From a virus (taxonomy: Duplodnaviria > Caudoviricetes), in the IMG/VR virus record IMGVR_UViG_3300030376_003804, positions 1-57,715 of that record: 57,715 bases of DNA; one strand, written 5' to 3'. Of the stretch, positions 25,070 to 34,834 are shown piece by piece. Numbering within the stretch: position 1 is the first letter of the stretch; every line of letters begins with the position of its first letter. The notes beneath the pieces are model-generated. The model was given only the letters and a program-made list of their open reading frames with translations. It ran no database searches and had not been told where the DNA came from. Both the position numbers and the translations under genes were made by a program.

Positions 25070-25441
25070 ATGTATGGAAGAGACGCAGATAGAATGTTAG
25101 ATATGTGGATGGACTTACTACATCAGATAGAACAAGTCCCGTCAGGCAGACACGCTATATCTACATTAGGTCGTAAAGATGTCTCAGTTAATGAAGAGAA
25201 TGGAACTATCACAATCACAGCAGAACTAGCTGGTTTGGATAAAGAACAAGTCGATGTAGAGGTAAGTAGTAGAACTGTAAGTATTGCAGCTAACTCAGAT
25301 AGAAAGAACTTTAGATGGGAAGAAACATTTAAGTTCGAACTAGACCCAGAGTCAACCAAAGCTACTATGGTAAACGGTATACTCGATTTAGTTATTGAAA
25401 AGAAAGAGAAGACCTCAGCAAAGAAAATAGAGATAGAATGA
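25070..25441 (+). CDS. Small heat-shock protein (Hsp20/alpha-crystallin)
   Basis: AELAGLDKEQVDVEV...ATMVNGILDLVI.K...KKIEIE. Confidence 0.88.
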   Translation: MYGRDADRMLDMWMDLLHQIEQVPSGRHAISTLGRKDVSVNEENGTITITAELAGLDKEQVDVEVSSRTVSIAANSDRKNFRWEETFKFELDPESTKATMVNGILDLVIEKKEKTSAKKIEIE

Positions 25442-26109
25442 GTAACTATGATGATTGGATTCAGTCGCCAAAGAGTCAAAGAGTATGGTTAGAAGATTCG
25501 ATGACAGCATTGGGGCAATTTGCTTTTATAGCACCAATCCACAGAGTTAAACATTGGAATCCCACAACGAGGCGTAGAAACAAATGCTGGGCTAAGGAAG
25601 GTGAATGTGTGTTCTGTAAGAACGGAACACCTAAGATAAATGAGTTTACCTACGGTGTGTATATATCAGAACAAAAAGAAATAAAATATCTAACACTAAC
25701 TGTAGCATCACACACCCAAGCTCAGCGTTTGTTCTCTACTATAATTGACAATGGTATGAACCCAACAGATTTAGTTTTTGAATTTAAAAAAGGTAAAGTC
25801 AAGACTACGTTTGGGAGGTCAGCCAACGGTTACATAATAGAACCAACTGAGATAGAGGCTTACGTAGCTGAAAAGTTTAGACCTAGTCTAACAAACAGCG
25901 ACGAGCAGTCCTTCAAGTGGTCTGTCCCTGAAGAGATAGTAGACTTCTTAAAAGATAAGAATGGTGACCCTATTACTATGATAGATTTATTCTTATTGAT
26001 GAAAGAACAGTTTCCTGCTATACCAGAAAAAGACTTAAAAAAGTATGCAGTTAAGTTATGCGAACATAATGTTCTGAACTTAAATAATGCTAGAGAGAAA
26101 TGGATATGA
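25438..26109 (+). CDS. Putative ssDNA-binding protein (gp32-like Zn site)
   Basis: H-W...C.....C..C motif; precedes the helicase-like gene. Confidence 0.5.
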   Translation: MSNYDDWIQSPKSQRVWLEDSMTALGQFAFIAPIHRVKHWNPTTRRRNKCWAKEGECVFCKNGTPKINEFTYGVYISEQKEIKYLTLTVASHTQAQRLFSTIIDNGMNPTDLVFEFKKGKVKTTFGRSANGYIIEPTEIEAYVAEKFRPSLTNSDEQSFKWSVPEEIVDFLKDKNGDPITMIDLFLLMKEQFPAIPEKDLKKYAVKLCEHNVLNLNNAREKWI

Positions 26110-27578
26110 AAAAATTTGAAATACACGATTTGTTGAGATATTTTCACAACGCAAAAAAGCCAGACGGGACTCTTTTTCCTATACTAGGAGAAGATTCTTT
26201 AGCACTAACAGCTTGTTTATCATATATACTAGAGGACACTAACTTCTGTATCAAAGCATATAGTGGGACAGGTAAGACAGTATTGATGGAAGCCATTAGT
26301 GCTTTATTACCTGATAACTATATGTATACTGTAGAACATATGTCAGAAACAGCTATATGGTATGATGAAGAAAAAATAAACAAGGCACGTTTTGTAGCTA
26401 TTCCAGAAGCTCAGAAGATACCTGAAGGTGTTATGGAAATAATTAAGACATGGGCAGACGGTAGAACAGCTGAACGTAAGAAAACAGATGTTACCATTGG
26501 TGCTACTGTTGGTCAATGGCTACACCCTAAGTATGTTCTTATGGCTGTGGCTGTTGAGAACGATAAGGGTTCAGCTATGTTTGATACTGAATTAGAAAGA
26601 AGATGTATGATAATGCATACTAATCCAACAGTAAAACAAACAGAGTTAGTGGTTAGACACAAACTTCTCAATTCAGCTCTACCAAAAGCTACCATGTCTT
26701 CAATGACAGATAAAGAGATAAAAGGTTTGAAGAAACACTTAGAGGTAGCACTGAGAGATAGAGATGAAGATGAAGCAACCATCATAAAGAATCCTTGTGC
26801 ACCATTTCTGTTTGAGGCAATACCTAGTGCATTTCCTGTATCTAGGTCTAAAGTGCAATACCTTCTAAGACTTATCAACGCAATAGCTAGGTTCTATCCA
26901 GATGAGATAACACGAATTGAGAAAGATGGTATTAGGTATGGATTGGTAAGTCCCAAACATAATTGGTTAGGGTTAAGAATATATCTCAACTCTTTTGTTG
27001 AGGAATGTTTACATATGCCAAGCCATGGAACTGATATACTAAAACTATTTCCTGACACAAGACTAGATAAGTTTGGTTTTGCAGACAGTGAAACAGTAAA
27101 GATGTCTGAGGGTGAACTTAAGAAAGCAGCCAAAGCTGCTGGTTTACCTTTCACTAAACTAAGACCTGTATTGACAGGACTTCTTATGACAGGATTTTTA
27201 GAAGTAGAAGAAGAGGGTGGTAAGAAACTCTATTACAAAAGTCCACTTATCAACGAACCTGTATCAAAAATAAATTGGAGTGAGTTAATTGAAGAAACGA
27301 AAGACTTTATACGAAAAGAGTGGCCTGATGTGGCTGATGAATACATTGGGCGCAGCTGTAGCAATATCAAGATTGTTGACCCGTTTAGCGGGGACAACAT
27401 TGAATTGGGTGAGAGAGCAGAGACACCACTAGATGTGAGTGATGGTGATTACTCTGACATCTTTAAGTCAGCTAAGGATTCCAAACATAAATCATATGAG
27501 GAATTTTTACTTCATGCAGAAGGAGATTATAATGAAGAAGAATATGAAACCATCAAACAATTTTACGAAGAAAACTAG
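26100..27578 (+). CDS. AAA+ (MCM-like) putative replicative helicase
   Basis: Walker A AYSGTGKT, degenerate Walker B FVAIPE, ELERR arginine finger, C-terminal winged-helix-like region; located in the replication module. Confidence 0.65.
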   Translation: MDMKKFEIHDLLRYFHNAKKPDGTLFPILGEDSLALTACLSYILEDTNFCIKAYSGTGKTVLMEAISALLPDNYMYTVEHMSETAIWYDEEKINKARFVAIPEAQKIPEGVMEIIKTWADGRTAERKKTDVTIGATVGQWLHPKYVLMAVAVENDKGSAMFDTELERRCMIMHTNPTVKQTELVVRHKLLNSALPKATMSSMTDKEIKGLKKHLEVALRDRDEDEATIIKNPCAPFLFEAIPSAFPVSRSKVQYLLRLINAIARFYPDEITRIEKDGIRYGLVSPKHNWLGLRIYLNSFVEECLHMPSHGTDILKLFPDTRLDKFGFADSETVKMSEGELKKAAKAAGLPFTKLRPVLTGLLMTGFLEVEEEGGKKLYYKSPLINEPVSKINWSELIEETKDFIRKEWPDVADEYIGRSCSNIKIVDPFSGDNIELGERAETPLDVSDGDYSDIFKSAKDSKHKSYEEFLLHAEGDYNEEEYETIKQFYEEN

Positions 27579-27852
27579 ACTACCTACAAAAGACGAACAG
27601 TTTGCTGTTGTCATTGAAATGAGTGGTGGTTCTCGGTTGAGAGCCACCTGTGAGGATGGTAAGACTAGGATGATAAGAATAGGTGGTAAGCTAAAAAAAA
27701 GAATGTGGGTCAGAGAAAATGACCTCATACTAATTAAGCCATGGCCCATACAGGGTGACCAAAAAGCAGACCTAGTATACAGGTACTTACCAACTGAGAG
27801 AAACTGGGTCTTAAAAAGAAACATAATACCAGAGGAGATAAACATATGGTAA
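27532..27852 (+). CDS. eif1a: Archaeal translation initiation factor aIF-1A
   Basis: RLP...AVV..M.GGSR....C.DGKTR..RI.GKLKKRMWVRENDLILIKPW..Q.DQKADLVYRY; AGGAG SD before ATG 27532. Confidence 0.92.
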   Translation: MKKNMKPSNNFTKKTRLPTKDEQFAVVIEMSGGSRLRATCEDGKTRMIRIGGKLKKRMWVRENDLILIKPWPIQGDQKADLVYRYLPTERNWVLKRNIIPEEINIW

Positions 27853-28166
27853 AAGGAATAGAAACAACATACTTAGACTTCACAAGGAAGACAGCTAAGT
27901 ATCCAAAAAGAAGAGAGAAAGAATACCTAATGATAGGGTTGATGAATGAAGCCGGTGAAGTCGGTGGAGCATATAAAAAAGAAATCAGAGACAGAGTAGA
28001 CAATACAGAATTGATTATAGATGAACTAGGTGATGTATTGTGGTATCTACAAAGATTATGTGACGTGTATGATATTAAGATATCTGAACTAATGGTTAAT
28101 AACATGGATAAGTTATTTAATCGTATGGATAAAGAACAACTAGAAGTATTTAGAGATGAGTGTTGA
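27846..28166 (+). CDS. MazG-like nucleotide pyrophosphohydrolase
   Basis: GLMNEAGEV...KKEIRD...DELGDVLWY...N..KL..R. Confidence 0.9.
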   Translation: MVKGIETTYLDFTRKTAKYPKRREKEYLMIGLMNEAGEVGGAYKKEIRDRVDNTELIIDELGDVLWYLQRLCDVYDIKISELMVNNMDKLFNRMDKEQLEVFRDEC

Positions 28167-28437
28167 AATCAAAAAATTAACAATATCAACAGATGATGAA
28201 AGAAAACAATGGATGGAACTACTAATAAAGGCTAGTCACTATCATTATGATATGGCTGGTCAGTTCTCTCCTGAGATTTTAGGAGACACTGAAATGGAAG
28301 AAGTGTCTACTATTCATCGTGCATGGGGTAAAGCCATACAAGATGCAGTTTCTCTCATTGATATGTGGGAAGTCTCAGCTGATGATGAGATACTCACACC
28401 ACCTGATACTGTAAATGTAACGCCGGAGAAGGAATGA
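28156..28437 (+). CDS. Hypothetical protein
   Basis: Operon packing. Confidence 0.6.
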   Translation: MSVEIKKLTISTDDERKQWMELLIKASHYHYDMAGQFSPEILGDTEMEEVSTIHRAWGKAIQDAVSLIDMWEVSADDEILTPPDTVNVTPEKE

Positions 28438-30665
28438 AAGTACCACTTATAGCTAGTATTAACAAACGCACAATCAACTTAGAGACAAAAGAACTTATGG
28501 TCAAAATGTATAGGAATGGTCAGGCTATGGCTGTAAAGTCACCATTTGTACCATACTACTACACCGAGGACACCAATGGGGAGACAAAAAGATTGATAGC
28601 TTCTGATAAAACAGTCAATCTAAAGAAACACGAATATATACCGGGTAAAGACCATTTACCAAACTACGCACTCTTTGATGGTGGAAGGGAAGCATTACTC
28701 GAAAGGTTATGTATAGAACATCCAACGTTCTTTGCAGACTACCCTAACGACCAAGATGTAAAATGCCTTGTGTTTGATATTGAAACACACTCCCCCGATG
28801 GTACCTTTCCTTTTGGAGAGAAGTACCCTATCGTTGCCATTGGCATTGTAACTTCCACCGGAGAGCGCAAAGTCTTCCTATGGGATAATGAGACAGAAGA
28901 TGATAAGCAATTGTTATGGGACTTCGCTCATTTTGTACAGGACTATAACCCTGATATTATTGCGGGGTGGAATCTTGTGGGCTATGATATTCCACAAATA
29001 CTTCACAGAGTCCGTTACAATCATTTGAACGAAGCACAGTATAAAAAGTTTCTGAACCGAGACGGTTCGGACTGGGGGTTTGAACCTCCTAAAGATAACC
29101 GAGAACTTAAGATGAACGCTGGCGGGCGTATAATATTAGACCTGTTGCGTTGGGCTCGACTAGACTATTCGCTATCAGGATTACCACGTGGCCTGAAGCA
29201 AGTATCACAAGCATTCGGTCTAGACCCTATTGAGCTCGACTTCAGCACAAAAACCTTGATGGACTACTCTATTGAAGAAATCCACGACTATGTCTTGTCT
29301 GATGTGGATTGTACGTTGTTTATGTATAACCACTACTTTCCACAAATACAATACGTAGCAGAGGTCCTATGTGTACCCTTAGCAACCTATGTTAACGCCC
29401 CCAGCAGCTATATTACGAAAATATTGCAAGGGAGGAGCTTATTCGAGCAGGGCATAGTGGCGCTTGATAGAAACAAAGAGCGTCATCCTGATATCTTTAG
29501 ATTCGATAAAGGTAATTATCAGGCTGCCCACATAGAGCTTTATCAACAAGGATACCAATCTCAGAACATCAAGGTAGACTTTAGTTCTTATTATCCATCT
29601 ATAGCGATGGCTCTCAACTTAGGGCCAGATACAACTAAGATTGTAGGTTATGATGACTATACAGAAGATATAGAATTTAAGGACGGTATATTGTATGTGC
29701 CAGATAACAAGGTTGGTAAGCGTTTGATGCTACAAATAGATACAGATAAGAAAAGTTGTTTATATACTATGTGTAAAAACTTCAAAGAAATGCGAAAACC
29801 TTATAAACTTGGTAAAACTAAAGAGGACAAGAGTAAGTCTAATGCTCTAAAGATAATGGTGAACACATTCTATGGTGCAAATGCTAATCCTTATGTTTCT
29901 TACGGCGATATGGGCGTCGGTATTGCTATCACTGCAATTGCCCGTTGGCTCTTATTATCGGCTGTCGACATCATCCGTGCTAGACATGGGTCGGATTCTG
30001 TGGTATATGTACATACAGATGGGATTAATACTAATGTTGATGTGGACGTCGATTGGCTAACTAAAAGACTACAAGTCTTGATGAAACATCACATACCTTT
30101 TGCTGAATCAGAGAATATCACAATGGATAAAGATGTATTTAAGGAAGGTGTATGGATACAAGTTGGTAATTATATATTGCGTAACTTAGATGGTAGTGTT
30201 ACAAAGCATGGTAGTACATTCAAATCAAAGAGCCGCTCTATATTCTATAACAAGGTGTTAGATAAACTCTCTGACGCCAGATTAAATAACACCGTTACAA
30301 ATTCATTTGTAGAAAAATTATACGAGCTGGACGAGTATATATTAGAAGATTTTATAATGCGTAGGTCTACCAATAGAGGTTATGATGATTATAAATCTGA
30401 AACAGACTTGACAGTACAACTAATGAATTTAGGTAAACAGATAGGAATGGAACCTGCAGAAGGTACTACATACTTTTACGCTAAAACCAAAGAAGGATAC
30501 AGACTTAAAGAACAAATAAAGTCAGTAGATGAGATAGATATAACATATTATTGGGACACAATATCTAACCTACTTACAAAATTTGGTTTGAAAGAGTATG
30601 TTAAAAAGAAACCACCATTAACTATGTTAGATAAAAAACAACAATCATTAGCGGAGTGGATATGA
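28434..30665 (+). CDS. polB: Family B DNA polymerase
   Basis: ExoI FDIET, ExoII WN..GYD, ExoIII Y..SD, motif A DFSSYYPS, motif B K...N.FYG, motif C YVHTDG. Confidence 0.95.
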   Translation: MKVPLIASINKRTINLETKELMVKMYRNGQAMAVKSPFVPYYYTEDTNGETKRLIASDKTVNLKKHEYIPGKDHLPNYALFDGGREALLERLCIEHPTFFADYPNDQDVKCLVFDIETHSPDGTFPFGEKYPIVAIGIVTSTGERKVFLWDNETEDDKQLLWDFAHFVQDYNPDIIAGWNLVGYDIPQILHRVRYNHLNEAQYKKFLNRDGSDWGFEPPKDNRELKMNAGGRIILDLLRWARLDYSLSGLPRGLKQVSQAFGLDPIELDFSTKTLMDYSIEEIHDYVLSDVDCTLFMYNHYFPQIQYVAEVLCVPLATYVNAPSSYITKILQGRSLFEQGIVALDRNKERHPDIFRFDKGNYQAAHIELYQQGYQSQNIKVDFSSYYPSIAMALNLGPDTTKIVGYDDYTEDIEFKDGILYVPDNKVGKRLMLQIDTDKKSCLYTMCKNFKEMRKPYKLGKTKEDKSKSNALKIMVNTFYGANANPYVSYGDMGVGIAITAIARWLLLSAVDIIRARHGSDSVVYVHTDGINTNVDVDVDWLTKRLQVLMKHHIPFAESENITMDKDVFKEGVWIQVGNYILRNLDGSVTKHGSTFKSKSRSIFYNKVLDKLSDARLNNTVTNSFVEKLYELDEYILEDFIMRRSTNRGYDDYKSETDLTVQLMNLGKQIGMEPAEGTTYFYAKTKEGYRLKEQIKSVDEIDITYYWDTISNLLTKFGLKEYVKKKPPLTMLDKKQQSLAEWI

Positions 30666-30994
30666 TATTTTATTTTGCACGTGTACAAGATACTGATGGT
30701 AAGTGGCATCGAAAGGTTGGTAAGACATCAAATCTAGATAAAAGATTTAGTGATAAACGGTTATACTTAGGGTGGGAATACATAGCTACTAAACAATATG
30801 ATAAAGATGACATCAAAGAGGTAGAAAAGCAATTTAAAGATATGACCATAGGTAGAGAACATATAAATATGAACATACCACCACACTTTATGGGTAAAAC
30901 AGAAATAATAAAAAAAGATGTTACTGATGAAGCAGTCATACAGAGAATGGAAGAAATAAAAATACCAACTAAGACCACATTGGAGGACTTTTAA
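30656..30994 (+). CDS. GIY-YIG-like (T5orf172-type) protein
   Basis: FYFA...KVGKT.NLDKRF...E...K...TE. Confidence 0.6.
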   Translation: MDMIFYFARVQDTDGKWHRKVGKTSNLDKRFSDKRLYLGWEYIATKQYDKDDIKEVEKQFKDMTIGREHINMNIPPHFMGKTEIIKKDVTDEAVIQRMEEIKIPTKTTLEDF

Positions 30995-31000
30995 TGCCAC

Positions 31001-31013
31001 AAACTTTATATAC
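31001..31013 (+). promoter_or_regulatory. BRE/TATA promoter
   Basis: AAAC-TTTATATA-C. Confidence 0.6.
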
Positions 31014-31057
31014 TAACTTAAAATATAATTATATATACCCTTCGGGGAAGTGATAAA

Positions 31058-31252
31058 ATGGATGAAAAAGAAATTAAACCATTGTCTGCATTTTTGTCAG
31101 ACGCTGAAGTCAAAGTGGTTTGGCGTGAAGAAGAAAGAACAAAGGTAGGAAGAGGAATGATAACAAATGATGATGAGAATTTTGTATACCTTACTGGAGA
31201 TAAGGGAACCGTTATTGTCAACAAGCGTGATATCATTGCTATAAAACAATAG
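31058..31252 (+). CDS. Small Sm/LSm-like fold protein
   Basis: 64 aa; V.V......G.I...D.NFVYL.....VIVNKRDIIAI resembles Sm1/Sm2 motifs. Confidence 0.55.
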   Translation: MDEKEIKPLSAFLSDAEVKVVWREEERTKVGRGMITNDDENFVYLTGDKGTVIVNKRDIIAIKQ

Positions 31253-31260
31253 AGGTAATA

Positions 31261-32751
31261 ATGAAGCAGTTTAGTCGCAACAGTGAGGAGACAGTAGGTC
31301 GAAACTCCGATAGTTTAGAGTTTGACAGACCTAAAAAAGGCAAGTTAAGAATAATGCCAGTATCAGATAGCCCATGGGCACCAACTGGTTTTGGCACGAA
31401 CACTAAAAATATTAGTGCTATACTACATAATGAAGGACACCATATAGGTTATGGTGGATGTCAAAATGCAAAACACAGTAAATGGTATACACCTTGGCCG
31501 CTAGGTCAAACTGAGACGGAAGTGTATTTTGAAAACCTTCCTTTAATGTTTCCGGGCCAAGAAAGATTTGGTGAAAAGTCTTTTCCACAATGGATAGAAA
31601 AATTTAAACCAGACTTAGTCTTAGCACATTTAGATTTTCAGATGTTTAAACACATGACTGATATGAAAAAACCCGGAGCTTTACAGCTACCTTTATATAA
31701 TAATGAAGGAAAACTTTTGAATAAAAAAGAAAGAATGGCCATAATGAATCAAGCTTTCAAAGAAGTACAAAAAGGTACATTATGGAAGTTAGGTGTAATT
31801 ATACCATATGATGGAGAACCATCCATAGCTGAGTGGCAATTACAATTAGATAATATAGATTATGGCGTAGCTATGTCAAAATATGGTCAACAGGGATTGA
31901 AAAAGGATTTTGGTATCGATACTACCTATATACCACACGGGGTTGATACAAACCTTTTTAAACCAATTATAAAACCTATGTATGGTAGTCTACAAAAACC
32001 AGATTGTTTTATAGTAGGTTGTGTAGCTCGAAACCAACATAGAAAAAATATACCAAGACTCATCAAAGGATTTGCTCAATTTGTAAAGAAAAATAAACTA
32101 ACACCAAAAGAAGCAAAACTTATATTACATATGGATTGGGTAGATGCTATGGGTTGGAAGTTCCCTGAGTTTGCTGACCAGTATGGAGTTGGAGATTATT
32201 TAATGCCACCTCTTATGGGAGTTCTAGACCATGGGGAAGCAGCCACGGAAAAAGAAATGGCTCAAATGTATAACTGTATGGATGTCTTTGTTTTACCTAC
32301 AGCTGGTGAAGGGTTTGGTATACCTACTTTAGAAGCTATGTCTTGTGGTGTCCCTATATGTGCAACTAATTACACAACTAGTTATGAATTAATAGCGTGT
32401 AATGATGCTGAGAACGAGGAAGTACCAATGTTCCCACTAGGTGGACACTTTAATGACCCAAGTCCTAATGGTAGAGACCACTTAGAAGAATCAGATATTT
32501 GTGAAAGAGGTATACTATTACCATACAAAGATATGTGGTGGGACACACCTAATAGGGCAGCACCTCAGAGAGCCATATGTAGTGAGAACGCCATATCTGA
32601 AGCTCTAGAATATTATTACAATAATCCTGACAAGAGAATTGCAGCAGGTAAGGCGGCTCGTAAGCATGCTGTAGAAAAATATAGTTGGGATGTAATAGGA
32701 AAGAAATGGATTGATTGGTCTGAAAAGATTAATAAGGAGATAAATAAATGA
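31261..32751 (+). CDS. GT-B glycosyltransferase (GT4-like)
   Basis: SDSP..PTGFG, IPHGVD...F.P, VARNQ.RKN, EGFGIP.LEAMSCG.P, YSWD. Confidence 0.9.
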   Translation: MKQFSRNSEETVGRNSDSLEFDRPKKGKLRIMPVSDSPWAPTGFGTNTKNISAILHNEGHHIGYGGCQNAKHSKWYTPWPLGQTETEVYFENLPLMFPGQERFGEKSFPQWIEKFKPDLVLAHLDFQMFKHMTDMKKPGALQLPLYNNEGKLLNKKERMAIMNQAFKEVQKGTLWKLGVIIPYDGEPSIAEWQLQLDNIDYGVAMSKYGQQGLKKDFGIDTTYIPHGVDTNLFKPIIKPMYGSLQKPDCFIVGCVARNQHRKNIPRLIKGFAQFVKKNKLTPKEAKLILHMDWVDAMGWKFPEFADQYGVGDYLMPPLMGVLDHGEAATEKEMAQMYNCMDVFVLPTAGEGFGIPTLEAMSCGVPICATNYTTSYELIACNDAENEEVPMFPLGGHFNDPSPNGRDHLEESDICERGILLPYKDMWWDTPNRAAPQRAICSENAISEALEYYYNNPDKRIAAGKAARKHAVEKYSWDVIGKKWIDWSEKINKEINK

Positions 32752-33104
32752 ATTTAGTATTTGGAATGGATGGGGTTATATGTACCCCTTGTAAGGACTA
32801 CCGTGAAGTAGAAAGAGCCAAACTATTAACTAACGTTAGAGAGTTTATAGGGTGGTTAAAACAGAAAGAACATCATATAACTATATGGTGTAAAAGGCCT
32901 AACTCATTAGATTGGGTTATGGCTACAAAAGAATGGCTAGCAGATAATAGAGTACCATACGACCGGTTATTGTTTGATAAACCGTATAATCCAATCATGG
33001 TAACCGAAACACCCCCTAACACTAAATATTATAAACACGATACAGATTTAGCTATGATAGCAGATATGTTCGAGGAGTGGAAAGATGACCAAATTAAAGG
33101 ATAA
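32748..33104 (+). CDS. HAD-like protein (degenerate motif I)
   Basis: FGMDGVI, ITIW..R, T.EWL....VPYD.L.FDKP. Confidence 0.65.
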   Translation: MNLVFGMDGVICTPCKDYREVERAKLLTNVREFIGWLKQKEHHITIWCKRPNSLDWVMATKEWLADNRVPYDRLLFDKPYNPIMVTETPPNTKYYKHDTDLAMIADMFEEWKDDQIKG

Positions 33105-33438
33105 AAAAATAAATACAAGAAGTGGAAATATGGTAGACAACACAGCTAGAGAAGCAGAGACATTGGGTACAGTAGGCCCTATAGTAAAGGTAACTTGGTA
33201 TGACGCAGCTACTACATTTAAGACATACCGTATAAATCAACAAGACCCTACAGAACATCTTACTGTATGTGAAACTGTAGGTGAAATGGTGGCACAAGAT
33301 GACAAAGCCATAGTATTAGTTATGCATGGTTCTCAGTGCGATGGTGCAGATATATTCGCCATACCAAGAGATTGGACACAAACTATAGAAATATTAAAAG
33401 AATGTACTTCAGAGAATTTGGAATCCCCGCAAGAATAG
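33085..33438 (+). CDS. Conserved phage protein (V.W.DA...C.TVG family)
   Basis: VKVTWYDA...CETVG...IP...I motif. Confidence 0.65.
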   Translation: MTKLKDKKINTRSGNMVDNTAREAETLGTVGPIVKVTWYDAATTFKTYRINQQDPTEHLTVCETVGEMVAQDDKAIVLVMHGSQCDGADIFAIPRDWTQTIEILKECTSENLESPQE

Positions 33439-34469
33439 CTAGATGTTTTAACGTCGAACAGCTAGAAAAGAAGATAGCTGAATTTAACGGTAAGAAAAAC
33501 TGTTACACTAGTGTATATGTTTTTGATGATACTAGTGATAAGACTGAAAGTAAAACTAATTACGATTCAGCTGTCTTAAATACTATATGGTTTGACTTTG
33601 ATGATGAAAAGGATGTTAAAAAATGTTTGATGGACGTAAGAAGATTTATAAGGCAATACTGCAAACCGAACGGAATTATCCCAAGGATATATCTTACAGG
33701 GGGCAAGGGCTTTCAAATGAATATAGACCTATACTCCCACGTGGACTTATCCGATACACTGAAAAGAGACATGTTAAGAAACTACTTGACATTCTTAAAA
33801 AAGAAATACAAACTTAAAACGTTAGACCAAGCCTGCATAAACAATAGCGTAGCATGTTTACGAAGGATACCTAACACTAAATATATTTCTAAAATAACAC
33901 AAGAACCTACAGGTGTGTGGTGTATACAACTTACTGTGGACGAAGTAATGAAGATGTCTATAGAAGAAATATATGGTATGGCTGTAGAACCAAGAGAAGA
34001 AAAGATTGATAGTAACAAGAGTAAGAAAGCTTTTAGACACTTTGTTGAATATATATGTGACGAAATGGAAGTCAAACATAATGTATCATTAAGCATAGCT
34101 TACCTACTAGATAAAATTAACAATAATATAAGCCCTATTAAGCATACCTCTATACAGCATGATTATATTATGCCCCCTAGAAAGTGTATAATAGAGCTTA
34201 TAGAGCTTAATATAGAGCGTGGACATAGCTCCCACGAAGAAAATAAAATGATAGGTATGGAGTTAATTAATGCTGGTTACTCCAACTGTGACATTCACTT
34301 TGTATTTGAAAGTATATATAACGAACCCGGCCGGGACTGGGGTTGGTATACTGATAATCCTGATAAAGCTGGACACATCATACATAATATGAGAGAGAAA
34401 GCTTTAAATAGATATTCAAAGGATAAGTTAATACAAATGAACATATGTAAGGACAATTGTCCTTGCTAG
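33402..34469 (+). CDS. Archaeo-eukaryotic primase, PriS-PriL-like fusion
   Basis: FDFD, TGGKGFQ and RRIPNT catalytic motifs; C-terminal PP.KCI..H..H..C..C region resembling the PriL Fe-S domain; start revised to 33402. Confidence 0.85.
   Translation: MYFREFGIPARIARCFNVEQLEKKIAEFNGKKNCYTSVYVFDDTSDKTESKTNYDSAVLNTIWFDFDDEKDVKKCLMDVRRFIRQYCKPNGIIPRIYLTGGKGFQMNIDLYSHVDLSDTLKRDMLRNYLTFLKKKYKLKTLDQACINNSVACLRRIPNTKYISKITQEPTGVWCIQLTVDEVMKMSIEEIYGMAVEPREEKIDSNKSKKAFRHFVEYICDEMEVKHNVSLSIAYLLDKINNNISPIKHTSIQHDYIMPPRKCIIELIELNIERGHSSHEENKMIGMELINAGYSNCDIHFVFESIYNEPGRDWGWYTDNPDKAGHIIHNMREKALNRYSKDKLIQMNICKDNCPC
34191..34218 (-). repeat. AGCTCTATA repeats embedded in the primase CDS
   Basis: Reverse complement of 34191-34207 equals 15631-15647 exactly (17 nt). 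Confidence 0.6.
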
Positions 34470-34480
34470 GAAAAAGAAAT

Positions 34481-34834
34481 ATGGCAACATTGAAAAGATT
34501 AGAGAAACGTATGAACGATGTAGAAAGTTGGGTAAAAGAATTCGAAAAGGGTTCAGGACCAACGCAAACAATGGATAACTTAAACTGGTTAGTCGGACAA
34601 ACAAAACAATTGGGAGAAAGACTACAAGGTACAGAACAACAGGCAATGGCAATGCAGAATGCTTTAGAGCAGAACGCAAAGATTGTTGAAGGTTTTGTAG
34701 AGAAACATGAGTTAGTTCATGATTGGCAATCCTACCTAGCTGAACTACAAAAAGAAGCAGAGGAAGAAGATGCCGTTCAAGAGTCAAGCACAGAGGAAGT
34801 ATCTGTACAAGAACAAACCGAAGATAGCTCGTAA
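34481..34834 (+). CDS. Coiled-coil hypothetical protein
   Basis: ATG 34481 (MATLKRLEKR); heptads; acidic tail. Confidence 0.65.
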   Translation: MATLKRLEKRMNDVESWVKEFEKGSGPTQTMDNLNWLVGQTKQLGERLQGTEQQAMAMQNALEQNAKIVEGFVEKHELVHDWQSYLAELQKEAEEEDAVQESSTEEVSVQEQTEDSS

